Part shown: piece after piece, positions 38,202 to 46,061 of the stretch
Layout of the letters: every line of letters starts with the position of its first letter
Numbering within the stretch: position 1 is the stretch's first letter
DNA from: a virus
Taxonomy: Duplodnaviria; Caudoviricetes
DNA: 49,297 nucleotides
Virus record (IMG/VR): IMGVR_UViG_3300014656_000039
Span: 1 to 49,297 of that record
Strand: one strand, 5' to 3'
Translations under genes and position numbers: made by a program
Notes under the pieces: generated by a model
Database searches by the model: none
What the model was told of the DNA's origin: nothing
What the model saw: only the letters and a program-made list of their open reading frames with translations

Positions 38202-38217
38202 CTTCCCTCTCCTTATG

Positions 38218-38311
38218 CCCCCAATAAAAAACCCGTAACTGCCGTATATACGGTTACGGGTTCTTGGGAACTATTGGGGTGCTGACCAGGCGATCAACCC
38301 TGCCAGCTATT
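38218..38311 (-). promoter_or_regulatory. Structured cis-RNA element, copy B (upstream of DUF1566 gene)
   Basis: Same architecture as 32201-32299 with different stem sequences. Confidence 0.65.
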
Positions 38312-38317
38312 TAATTA

Positions 38318-38548
38318 TTATACGAACAATATCCCCTTAAAATGCGATAATAACTTCTCCCTCCATGTCCCTACCTTCTCAATCGGCTCTTCAAAATACA
38401 TCTGATTGTACTGCCGCCACATCGCAATAGCTATAAAATCAGGCACACACGGCTCTACACCAGCTACTTCCAACATCTTACGATGGTCAGTACATAAAAT
38501 AATACCACAAAGAGGCGCACACATACGACAGTCGGGATTCAATATCAA
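38318..38548 (-). CDS. Hypothetical protein
   Basis: Coupled ORF, Cys/His cluster. Confidence 0.5.
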   Translation of the reverse strand: MILNPDCRMCAPLCGIILCTDHRKMLEVAGVEPCVPDFIAIAMWRQYNQMYFEEPIEKVGTWREKLLSHFKGILFV

Positions 38549-38763
38549 AACCTACCCCCTCGATATAAATTAAAAATACGAGCATTCCGCATTTCAAGCG
38601 TCCCTTTGAAACTTTCGGCTAATTTTTTAATCAGTCCACTATGAATAACTTTGTTAAGTGCATCACAGCGTTCATTAAACTCTTCCTGTGTCAGCGACTC
38701 ATCCCAATCAGAACCAGCCCCCAAAATACACGCACCAAGACTACTTTCTTCATCAAACATCAT
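38545..38763 (-). CDS. Hypothetical protein
   Basis: Coupled ORF. Confidence 0.5.
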   Translation of the reverse strand: MMFDEESSLGACILGAGSDWDESLTQEEFNERCDALNKVIHSGLIKKLAESFKGTLEMRNARIFNLYRGGRF

Positions 38764-38874
38764 TTACCATCCCTATACATACCACCCCGTATCCAAAATA
38801 ACATCCCCACCACAAGCAACCCCACTACCCAAAATACTATGCCAGATATTGCAAAGAAAAGAAACATTAGCCCC

Positions 38875-39057
38875 TCAAACGTATCCCCGAAAATAACCAT
38901 CCTCCCAAGGAAAATAATAATAAGGAGGGAAAGTCTCAGCAATATTTTCCGTGCACTTAGGAGAATCACAGAAAGCATTATTCAATGCCTCTACAAGTTC
39001 CGGATTAGAAAAATTACCCCCTGGAATACGCCATTCGTAAAATGCTTCTGGAATCAT
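38875..39057 (-). CDS. Hypothetical protein (overlapping alternative 38760-38978 is hydrophobic)
   Basis: GGGGG upstream; ambiguous frame choice. Confidence 0.35.
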   Translation of the reverse strand: MIPEAFYEWRIPGGNFSNPELVEALNNAFCDSPKCTENIAETFPPYYYFPWEDGYFRGYV

Positions 39058-39185
39058 AAAAACCCCCGTGTGTTACCAGAGAAGAATTATTAAAGGGTCG
39101 GTCGCCGGAGTCCCGTTCTGCTCCCCCGCCCACCCCCTTGCTCACGTACGAGTGTGCGTACGTATAGTGTGCCTATACTACCACA

Positions 39186-39214
39186 ATGTCCGCTAATGTT
39201 ACAATATGTAAACT
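39186..39214 (+). other. dif-like (XerC/XerD-type) site B
   Basis: ATGTCCGCTAA-TGTTACA-ATATGTAAACT resembles dif (CATAA-N6-TTATGTTAAAT). Confidence 0.5.
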
Positions 39215-39246
39215 TTCGATTCATCGCATGTATCCTATAATATCAA

Positions 39247-39759
39247 CTACTTAGCACTATCAGGGGCCTCATTATTGTTGTTATTGCGACTATCAACAGG
39301 GTTATCCACAGATTCGTCACTCAATCCGATAGCTTTTAGGTCGATTACGTCGGCAGGGTCGTCTAGGTATCTGCCCAAAATCCCGACTATCTCAGGAGCT
39401 ATGAAGTTGTTTTGTTGGTTCATTATGAGCTTCTCTATCAACACAGACTGTGTGTGTGCTGGCTGAATACCTGTATTCTTGCACACATCCTGACTGGCTT
39501 TCAGCTTGATATTGTTATCATCGCAGCTTAGTAATTGATGGTAGTTATCGAGGGCTTTTGGTATGAGTGAAACCATCTGTTGTGTACCGGTCTCGATGAT
39601 TTCTCGCATTTCATCCTGGTTAAGCAGTCGGCTTATTTGTCCTATGTCGAGGTTATGTTTTTGGGCCAGTTCTCGGTAGGTTAGGCCAGCAAGTCGGTCT
39701 TGGGCTATAGTTGTATCTCGTTGTTTTCTGGCTGGGTTATCTTTGGTTAGGTAAGGTAT
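39247..39759 (-). CDS. terS: Terminase small subunit-like HTH protein, ATA start
   Basis: Frame extends 50 codons upstream of ATG 39609 to ATA 8 nt after AAGGAG, adding HTH LAGLTYRELAQKHNLDIGQISRLL; IKLKASQDV motif; first gene of late operon. Confidence 0.7.
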   Translation of the reverse strand: MPYLTKDNPARKQRDTTIAQDRLAGLTYRELAQKHNLDIGQISRLLNQDEMREIIETGTQQMVSLIPKALDNYHQLLSCDDNNIKLKASQDVCKNTGIQPAHTQSVLIEKLIMNQQNNFIAPEIVGILGRYLDDPADVIDLKAIGLSDESVDNPVDSRNNNNNEAPDSAK

Positions 39760-39789
39760 TTTTTATTCTCCTTTATTTTTTATCGAATC

Positions 39790-40025
39790 CCGCCCATCCA
39801 CCCTCAGTTTAGACAAGGTTAGGCCCGTCAAAGAGAGTATTTGATAGGGCTATGTATTATGTTTCAGTGACAATCGGGCTATTGTCAGCCAGGTCTACAG
39901 ATGTCGTACTAGAAAAACACTCGTTCAGAGTGCAGGCTGTTTTGTTCTGAGTGTCCTACCCTTGGACTTCACGAAGCGCCGGGACCAGCGCAGCGACCTA
40001 AAACTATCCGATGTATAAAACATAG
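39790..40025 (-). promoter_or_regulatory. Structured leader of late operon
   Basis: Several hairpins (39823-39850, 39868-39887, 39918-39932, 39976-39991). Confidence 0.45.
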
Positions 40026-40067
40026 CTTCCCATATACTCTATTTTTATTCTCTCTGCAAGCCCGGTT

Positions 40068-40082
40068 TGGCACGTTCTATGC
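40068..40082 (+). promoter_or_regulatory. Sigma54-type promoter candidate 1
   Basis: TGGCACG-TTCT-ATGC (GG-N10-GC). Confidence 0.5.
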
Positions 40083-40273
40083 CTATATAGTATATATGTG
40101 TTCAACTACTTCAATTGAAGCTCTTGAAATCGTAGCGTAGGTCGATTTTTCGTCTCTTATTGTTGTTATTGAGTCTCAATAGTGTCCTCTATGTCAATAT
40201 ACAGTGGTGCTGGAGAGTTGTCACATACCACATCTAGTGGTAGCACCAAAATTGTTACTTTTCCTGGACATTC

Positions 40274-40358
40274 GTTACTTTGTCGTAACAAATCATAATA
40301 TGCAATGATATTAGGCAGATAGGCCATTTTACCTGAAAAGGTGTTACTTTCTCGTAAC
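40274..40358. promoter_or_regulatory. Two GTTAC-N6-GTAAC palindromes (candidate enhancer sites)
   Basis: GTTACTTTGTCGTAAC 40274-40289 and GTTACTTTCTCGTAAC 40343-40358; half-site at 40254. Confidence 0.6.
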
Positions 40359-40436
40359 AATTCGCTATTCTTGCCGAATCTCTGTATTCCCCGCCAGCCC
40401 TTGTCAATACTGTGTTCTGTACGTTTCTTTCGTTGT

Positions 40437-40451
40437 TGGCACTTATCTTGC
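40437..40451 (+). promoter_or_regulatory. Sigma54-type promoter
   Basis: TGGCAC-TTATC-TTGC, exact -24/-12 consensus, ~40 nt before the operon start. Confidence 0.75.
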
Positions 40452-40489
40452 TTATATATCTTATTAAACTAACGAAAGGGGGCAAGAGC

Positions 40490-40627
40490 ATGAAACAATA
40501 TCTATTGAAAGACATTCCTGAGATTGTTCTGAGACAGTTTAAGGCGGCATGCGCAGAACTCGGAATCAGCATGAAGCAGGCATTACTTAATTTTATGAAA
40601 GAATTTGGGAAGAAAAAGAATGGCTAA
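40490..40627 (+). CDS. Ribbon-helix-helix (Arc/CopG-like) regulator
   Basis: MKQYLLKDIPEIVLRQFKAACAELGISMKQALLNFM. Confidence 0.75.
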   Translation: MKQYLLKDIPEIVLRQFKAACAELGISMKQALLNFMKEFGKKKNG

Positions 40628-40657
40628 CAGACACAAAAACCAAAGGGAGGTAGGGAG

Positions 40658-40897
40658 ATGACAAAGATAAAAAAGATAACGTGTAGAACGTGTAGGGGAT
40701 CTGGGAAGGTAGATGGTAATTGTCTGTCCTGTGGGGCGCACGGGGACTGCGTCTGCATACATTGGAGGGGGAACTCTGACGTAGGACGAAGAGAACAAAT
40801 AGAATGCCATCATTGTCTGGGAACTGGAATATGTCCTGGCTCAAGGGATTCTAACGGAAAAATCGACCAATATTGTTGCACGTATGAAACATTTTGA
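40658..40897 (+). CDS. DnaJ-type zinc-finger protein
   Basis: CRTCRGSG...CHHCLGTG. Confidence 0.65.
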   Translation: MTKIKKITCRTCRGSGKVDGNCLSCGAHGDCVCIHWRGNSDVGRREQIECHHCLGTGICPGSRDSNGKIDQYCCTYETF

Positions 40898-40940
40898 CCG
40901 AACTAACACCCAAAAACGCCCACGGGCGAGGAGGTAGGAA

Positions 40941-41216
40941 ATGAATATAATAATAAAAGAAGAAAACGATGAATTCAGGGTGATCTTCCCGTACCAGAAG
41001 GATGCGGTACAGGAAATCAGAAACATTAAAGGAGCAAAGTGGGATAGAATAAATAAATTCTGGATCGTCCCTCTTTGTGAGCACGCAGCCGTTGATAGAT
41101 TTCGGGGGAAATTTTTTTCCATAAAAACGGATGCAGACTTTGACCACACACCTCGGAAAAAAGATGGGACTATTAATCACACTGCCCCCAATGCTGGGGA
41201 TTATTACGATTGCTAA
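40941..41216 (+). CDS. Hypothetical protein (HARP-like domain)
   Basis: VIFPYQKDAVQEIRNIKGAKWDRINKFWIVP; GGAGG RBS. Confidence 0.6.
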   Translation: MNIIIKEENDEFRVIFPYQKDAVQEIRNIKGAKWDRINKFWIVPLCEHAAVDRFRGKFFSIKTDADFDHTPRKKDGTINHTAPNAGDYYDC

Positions 41217-41309
41217 TCCCACCCGATAAGTCCTGTGCCCCGTTCATTCGGGGCGGCGCTATAAAATTAAGGACTGGAAGGCGCAAATTTAAGAAGGGAG
41301 GGGAAGGGG

Positions 41310-41663
41310 ATGGTAAAGTATATCAAAGTCAAAATGGAAAACAGGACATCTAGGTGTCCTATATGTGGTACAATCAACAGCCATTTGACTGGCAATGACT
41401 GTGGGCACGTTTACAAGATCACGGACAAGGGTATTGTGATTTACAACAATAATATCACAATCGTTAAAAGAGATGTAACGGGGGATGAACAATTAACAAC
41501 AAATCAGTATTATGCCTTAATGGTCATGGGTTATCTCGGTCTCGAATGCACCTCAGAGAAAATGGTTTACATTTCTAAAAACTACCACAAAAGGCACGAT
41601 TTATTAAGAGGTAGAACCTTTGTAGTTTCTGTTAAGGATAACACAAAATGCTGTGAATTATAA
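41310..41663 (+). CDS. Hypothetical protein
   Basis: CPICG...CGH; purine-rich RBS. Confidence 0.55.
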   Translation: MVKYIKVKMENRTSRCPICGTINSHLTGNDCGHVYKITDKGIVIYNNNITIVKRDVTGDEQLTTNQYYALMVMGYLGLECTSEKMVYISKNYHKRHDLLRGRTFVVSVKDNTKCCEL

Positions 41664-41762
41664 TCCCCACGAATCGGGCAAAGATTGGTTTGTAAATTGG
41701 GATCGAGTTTGGTATGTAGCTTCACATCTTCAGATAAAAGAAATATAGAAAGGCGGTGACTA

Positions 41763-41960
41763 ATGGGACTAAAACCAGAGGATTTCCGTTGTATTAGGCG
41801 GCTTTACGGGGAGCCTCGTGAGAAGTTCGCCCGGCGGTTTCCCTGTAATAGCGGGAGTATTTATAATTGGGAGAAGGGCGTAAAATATCCTAACGACATA
41901 TACCTTGGTAGGTATATGCAGTTGTGGGAGGAGATCAGGAAAGAAGAAAGGGGGGAGTGA
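41763..41960 (+). CDS. XRE-family HTH protein
   Basis: IRRLYGEPREKFARRF...SIYNWEKG..YP. Confidence 0.7.
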   Translation: MGLKPEDFRCIRRLYGEPREKFARRFPCNSGSIYNWEKGVKYPNDIYLGRYMQLWEEIRKEERGE

Positions 41961-42136
41961 TGAAGACGTATACAATCTATTGGCGTTCTTTGTTTGCAAT
42001 AGATATTGAAGCTAAAGATATAAAAGCAGCATATAAAGAATATCAAAAAACAATTCAAGACGAAGACTTTATTGACCGTGAACATTGGATTGAGGATGAA
42101 ACACCGTTTATAGAATTACCATTAAGAAAGATTTAG
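41960..42136 (+). CDS. Hypothetical protein
   Basis: TGATG coupling; IDIEAKDIKAA motif. Confidence 0.55.
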   Translation: MKTYTIYWRSLFAIDIEAKDIKAAYKEYQKTIQDEDFIDREHWIEDETPFIELPLRKI

Positions 42137-42261
42137 CCCTCGCCCTGGCTATGGCGTGGGGGATAATCCTTTATTTGAGTCAATAGAGGCGAAAAACGGC
42201 TTACGAGGTTCTCTTGTAGGCCGTTTTCTTCTAAGGGGCAAGGGTAAGGTATGGGGGTTTT

Positions 42262-42336
42262 TGGGGCCGACGGTAGGACTTGAACCCACAACCCTCTGCT
42301 TACAAGGCAGCTGCTCTACCATTGAGCTACGCCGGC
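42262..42336 (-). tRNA. tRNA-Thr(TGT)
   Basis: GCCGGCG acceptor stem, GCTCAATGGTAGAGC D arm, CT-TGT-AA loop, GGTTCAAGTCC T arm, encoded CCA. Confidence 0.93.
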
Positions 42337-42344
42337 GTATCCTT

Positions 42345-42413
42345 CCCCGTGCTAGGGTAGCCATGCTGGACGGGAGAGCCTAGGTTCCCAGAACATGAAC
42401 TACCCGCACGGGG
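42345..42413 (-). ncRNA. Long irregular hairpin directly upstream of tRNA-Thr
   Basis: CCCCGTGC/GCACGGGG, GGGTAGT/GCTACCC, CATGT/GCATG stacked stems. Confidence 0.45.
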
Positions 42414-42415
42414 GT

Positions 42416-42655
42416 TTACTCAACCAGTTCATAGGTAGCATTGAAAATGTCGGGCTTGCAGGGATATAATTCGCCTTTAATGCCTTTGATAATCCAGTCA
42501 CCTTCTGTTACATGATAACTTCCTTCAAGGGTATCAATGGCGTACCCTGTAGGCGATTCATTATCTTTATATACACCGAAGGGCCACCCTTCGAATGAGT
42601 TCACCCAAAATTGCATTGCTTCAATTACTACTGGTTTCTTCCTATACTTTTTCAT
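42416..42655 (-). CDS. Conserved phage protein (KKPVVIEA...TLEG...GDWII...YPCKPDIF family)
   Basis: Recognisable motif; AAGGAGG RBS. Confidence 0.8.
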   Translation of the reverse strand: MKKYRKKPVVIEAMQFWVNSFEGWPFGVYKDNESPTGYAIDTLEGSYHVTEGDWIIKGIKGELYPCKPDIFNATYELVE

Positions 42656-42689
42656 GTCTCCTCCTTTCTTGGTTTACTCAACCGTGATT

Positions 42690-43496
42690 TTATGGTGGCC
42701 TCTCCTCTGTTAACTTTGCATCTTTTTGTACTTTTCTAATGCCTTCAAGTACAGCATCATAGTCTGCTTTCTCTGGTTTGTTCTGAGGTCTATTATAATC
42801 TGCCTTGGGATTGTACCCTACTCCTTGTTGTGTGTTTTTCTTTGGATAAGTGCTTTTGGGTAATTCTTCCTTTGCTTTTTCAATAGGCCAACCTAACAGA
42901 GTATGATAGTGGCTCTTGTAGCGTTTCCCTTTGCTCTGAATGTAGTTATTAAGTATCTCAATGGCTCTGCTGGTTAAAGATTCACCATGCTTTTCTTTGA
43001 GTTTTTGGTATTCATCTTCAGTGAGATACACAGAATCCAAAAACAACGTTTTTGGTGGCTTTTCTTTTTTCTTTATACTTTCTTTTTTCTTTGAAGAAGA
43101 AGTAGAAGATGAAGAAGGGAGCGTTATGTCGCCGTTACTAATTCGTTCTCCTTGTTTTTCCCTAAATCTTTGAACCCTCTTTCTTGTTAATTGACGCTCT
43201 TTTTCTTCTCTATACATCCTTCTATTGATTACCGTTACTAAATCGTTACACACCGTTACTTCACCTGTTTTTGTAACGCCAATCTCTCCAAGTGCAATCT
43301 TTAATTCTTCGATTGAACACCCTATTAACCGACTTAGTTGTTCGTGAGTTCCTTCTAATTTTCCACGCTCCGGAGCATCCCACATACACCACAACATTTC
43401 ATACCAAATACCCCTTGAAAAGAAATCCATCATTTGTAGGCCGGTATCTCTGCGACAATCTCCTGGATAAATCTGAAATGCCGGATTTTTCCCCAT
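42690..43496 (-). CDS. Replication initiator protein (lambda O / YdaU-like)
   Basis: PAFQIYPGD...RGIWYEMLWCMW, RKRVQRFRE, SSSTSSSKKKE linker, internal iterons. Confidence 0.8.
   Translation of the reverse strand: MGKNPAFQIYPGDCRRDTGLQMMDFFSRGIWYEMLWCMWDAPERGKLEGTHEQLSRLIGCSIEELKIALGEIGVTKTGEVTVCNDLVTVINRRMYREEKERQLTRKRVQRFREKQGERISNGDITLPSSSSTSSSKKKESIKKKEKPPKTLFLDSVYLTEDEYQKLKEKHGESLTSRAIEILNNYIQSKGKRYKSHYHTLLGWPIEKAKEELPKSTYPKKNTQQGVGYNPKADYNRPQNKPEKADYDAVLEGIRKVQKDAKLTEERPP
43121..43278. repeat. Iterons / putative origin inside initiator gene
   Basis: CGTTAC at 43133, 43233, 43244, 43254, inverted copy 43273; adjacent AT-rich tract. Confidence 0.65.
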
Positions 43497-43499
43497 CTA

Positions 43500-43799
43500 T
43501 CACCACCCTATCGCCGCGTCATCGTATTTGCTGTTTCGAGCATAGCAATCATCACAAGTACGGTTCGGTTCTATTGCTTTTGGTTTGCCACAGGTTTGGC
43601 ACTTACGGAGTTTAAGTTCAGGAGGTCTTTCTTCCTTGGTTCCTCTTTTTCTCTCCCTATGTTCCGCGGCCCGTTCCCTCATTATTTTAAGATGCCGGGC
43701 TCTCTTCTTCTCCTGGCATTCAGGCTTAGAACAGGCTATGGCACGGCTTGCCTGTTTTATCTCGAATGGGTCCTCACAGAATAAGCAAATGAATTTCAT
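43500..43799 (-). CDS. Zinc-finger protein
   Basis: CLFC...CSKPEC...CQTC...CDDC. Confidence 0.6.
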   Translation of the reverse strand: MKFICLFCEDPFEIKQASRAIACSKPECQEKKRARHLKIMRERAAEHRERKRGTKEERPPELKLRKCQTCGKPKAIEPNRTCDDCYARNSKYDDAAIGW

Positions 43800-43896
43800 A
43801 TCCCCACCCCCACCAACGCTATTTTCTGCACATCCCATTCTATCGGGTCTTCATCACATAGCCAGTATAGGTTACGCCAGAACATGCCTCGGTATT

Positions 43897-44181
43897 TCAC
43901 AGGTAGTCCTCCAGCCTTAATACCACCAAAGCCTCTTCCCTATCCCCCCTAATAATAACGCCATGATTATCCCCTAACCACTTATAGAGAGGTGAGCGGG
44001 CAACACGCTTACACTCAAATACCCTATCCCCTATCTCAACGTCGCCTTTAGCGTATTCGGTAGCACCAGACAGGGGTACTCGTTTTGCAATATGGCCTCT
44101 TGACTTGGCGAGGTTGACTATTTCCCTCTCGAAATTTAGCCCTTTATCTCGGGCGTATTTACCGCCTTTCTTGCGTGGCAT
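43897..44181 (-). CDS. Holliday junction resolvase (Hjc-like PD-(D/E)XK)
   Basis: KGLNFEREIV...RVPLSGA...KGDV...FECKR. Confidence 0.85.
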   Translation of the reverse strand: MPRKKGGKYARDKGLNFEREIVNLAKSRGHIAKRVPLSGATEYAKGDVEIGDRVFECKRVARSPLYKWLGDNHGVIIRGDREEALVVLRLEDYL

Positions 44182-44189
44182 CTAACCCC

Positions 44190-44930
44190 CTATTTTCCTC
44201 TGTACCAATTCTCTATAAATTCCTCTGGTAACATTGCATATCTCATTCTAGTTTGTCTCCACCATTCCCTGTCATCCCATAACTCTATCATAGCTTTTTC
44301 AAATGCCTGATAATGTTTCGGCCAGCGTTCTTTATATAATTTTAATTTCCAAGAATTGGGATTGCAAACGAAGGGGCAGATAACACACCCTAACCGATCA
44401 AACCCCTCATCATAAAGAGAGCAGTAATGTAATTCTTTTCTCTCAATATATTCCCACACTTCCCATTCTAACCAGTCAAATATGGGGCTATATATTATTT
44501 GCTCTGAGTATTCATTTATTTGTCCTCTAGTTTTTCTCTTAAAAGATTCCTCTGCCCGAATCCCCATGAGTCTGTGCCTTAACTTGATATGTTTTGAAGG
44601 CTTTTTTTTAAGTTCATTACAGCACCAACGAGCAAATTTCGTGGGGAACCCGTATTGAGGAATAAATTTGAAAAATGACTTTCGAGGATGTAACCAAGTT
44701 ACATCGGGATAATTCTTTCTGATAAACTTAGTCAATTCAGGTGGATCAATAGTAGTGTTGCTGTAATATGCCTGAAACTTCACTCCTGACTGCACAGCCA
44801 AATCATAAAGCACAATGCTATCCTTACCACCACTGAAGCCTAGAAAATAGCCCTCAGGGGGTTCGTACTGACGGATAAACTCTATGCTGACCTCTTCCTT
44901 TGTCTTACCATCAAAGTCTAGTTGTTGCAT
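44190..44930 (-). CDS. PAPS reductase-family (PP-loop) protein
   Basis: FSGGKDS, RWCCNELKKKP, GIRAEES..R, PIFDW, RLGCVICP. Confidence 0.88.
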   Translation of the reverse strand: MQQLDFDGKTKEEVSIEFIRQYEPPEGYFLGFSGGKDSIVLYDLAVQSGVKFQAYYSNTTIDPPELTKFIRKNYPDVTWLHPRKSFFKFIPQYGFPTKFARWCCNELKKKPSKHIKLRHRLMGIRAEESFKRKTRGQINEYSEQIIYSPIFDWLEWEVWEYIERKELHYCSLYDEGFDRLGCVICPFVCNPNSWKLKLYKERWPKHYQAFEKAMIELWDDREWWRQTRMRYAMLPEEFIENWYRGK

Positions 44931-44936
44931 AACCCC

Positions 44937-45347
44937 CTATTTCCCCTCAAACGTTATGCCATCCTTTTCAAATACGGACTCTAGGCCACGGTTCACTATC
45001 GCCTGCTTGAGTTCTGTCAGTTCTTCCTCTGCCGTCTTGACGGGTTTTATTCTTGGATGTTCCCTGACAGGTTTTGCTATGTCGCACAAGAAATTTATCA
45101 GGTCATGGAATTTAGGGCTTGCGGTCAAGGCAGGTATCATCCAGAGCTTGAAGGATTTCTGATCGCCATTGCTGTTGAGTATCTCAGAAAAGTAGGAGTA
45201 CGATATATCTAAGTCCCTAGCCATATCTTCACGCTTGACGGCGGAGGCTATTTCTCTACAAAGACGTTCTAAATGACGTGAATGCTTTTTGACTTCTTTT
45301 ATTCTTCGGTCTTTCTCAACCTCTTCAAACGACTCTGACATTGGCAT
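44937..45347 (-). CDS. CII-like regulatory protein
   Basis: MARDLDISYSYFSEILN HTH; position downstream of cro. Confidence 0.55.
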   Translation of the reverse strand: MPMSESFEEVEKDRRIKEVKKHSRHLERLCREIASAVKREDMARDLDISYSYFSEILNSNGDQKSFKLWMIPALTASPKFHDLINFLCDIAKPVREHPRIKPVKTAEEELTELKQAIVNRGLESVFEKDGITFEGK

Positions 45348-45436
45348 CTAAGACCTCATTACGCTATTAGCGTAGATGGGCGTAATTTAAAACGCTAGAC
45401 TACGCAGACAGCAATTTGGTAAAAAAAATACATGAG

Positions 45437-45676
45437 CTACCTCCACACACGAAACCCCAGGATCTCCGAAATGTGCTGCTTAATACGGAGGGCCTTGGGG
45501 CCGGTTAGGTCATGCAAAAGTACATCGTTAACGTACTGCCTGCTTGCATTACAGGCAGTGGCTACTCTATTTTGGTTAGACTTATTGATTTTGAGAAGGA
45601 AGTTTACAATGTCAGGGAAGGAGCAGCGCAGAAAGCGTAGGAAAAAAAAGATTGCTAGGTTCTTGAATTTTCTCAT
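45437..45676 (-). CDS. Possible HTH (Ner-like) protein
   Basis: QNRVATACNASRQYVNDVL...ISEILG. Confidence 0.45.
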   Translation of the reverse strand: MRKFKNLAIFFFLRFLRCSFPDIVNFLLKINKSNQNRVATACNASRQYVNDVLLHDLTGPKALRIKQHISEILGFRVWR

Positions 45677-45822
45677 AGCATCCCTATCTTACGTGTACGG
45701 AAAATGGAGAAAAGAGATTGAATCAAATACCAAGATATGTTATATGGCTACTATGAAAGCAAAAAATATTAAGAGGGTTGATCTCATCTGCAAAATAATC
45801 CTCGGACTCACCCTGCTATGGG

Positions 45823-46050
45823 TTATCTTTGAGATTCTGTGGTAATTGCTTTGTTGTGATTAGGATACAAAAGTTCCATGCGACTTACTGACCCACCTGT
45901 GGCTTTTTCTATCCTTTCGGCAATATTTGGTGATGGATTATTGATCTTCCCATTAAGAATCCGCCAGACAGTAGGTTGTGGTACGCCAGCTATTTTTGCA
46001 AAAGCCGTTACCGTTAATTTCTTCCTTTGAAGGTACTCTGATAGTTCCAT
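45823..46050 (-). CDS. cro: Cro-like repressor
   Basis: LTVTAFAKIAGVPQPTVWRILNG...IEKATGGSVSRMEL; divergent from CI. Confidence 0.85.
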   Translation of the reverse strand: MELSEYLQRKKLTVTAFAKIAGVPQPTVWRILNGKINNPSPNIAERIEKATGGSVSRMELLYPNHNKAITTESQR

Positions 46051-46061
46051 AATTATGAATT

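Noticed and set aside
37602-38311. Complete diversity-generating retroelement
   Set aside because: No reverse transcriptase, Avd or second copy of the DUF1566 3' region seen in the window
42149-42383. ORFs on both strands over the tRNA
   Set aside because: Explained by tRNA-Thr and convergent intergenic sequence
45360-45405. TACGC/GCGTA repeats upstream of the CII-like gene
   Set aside because: Short and irregular; might be a regulator site but support is insufficient
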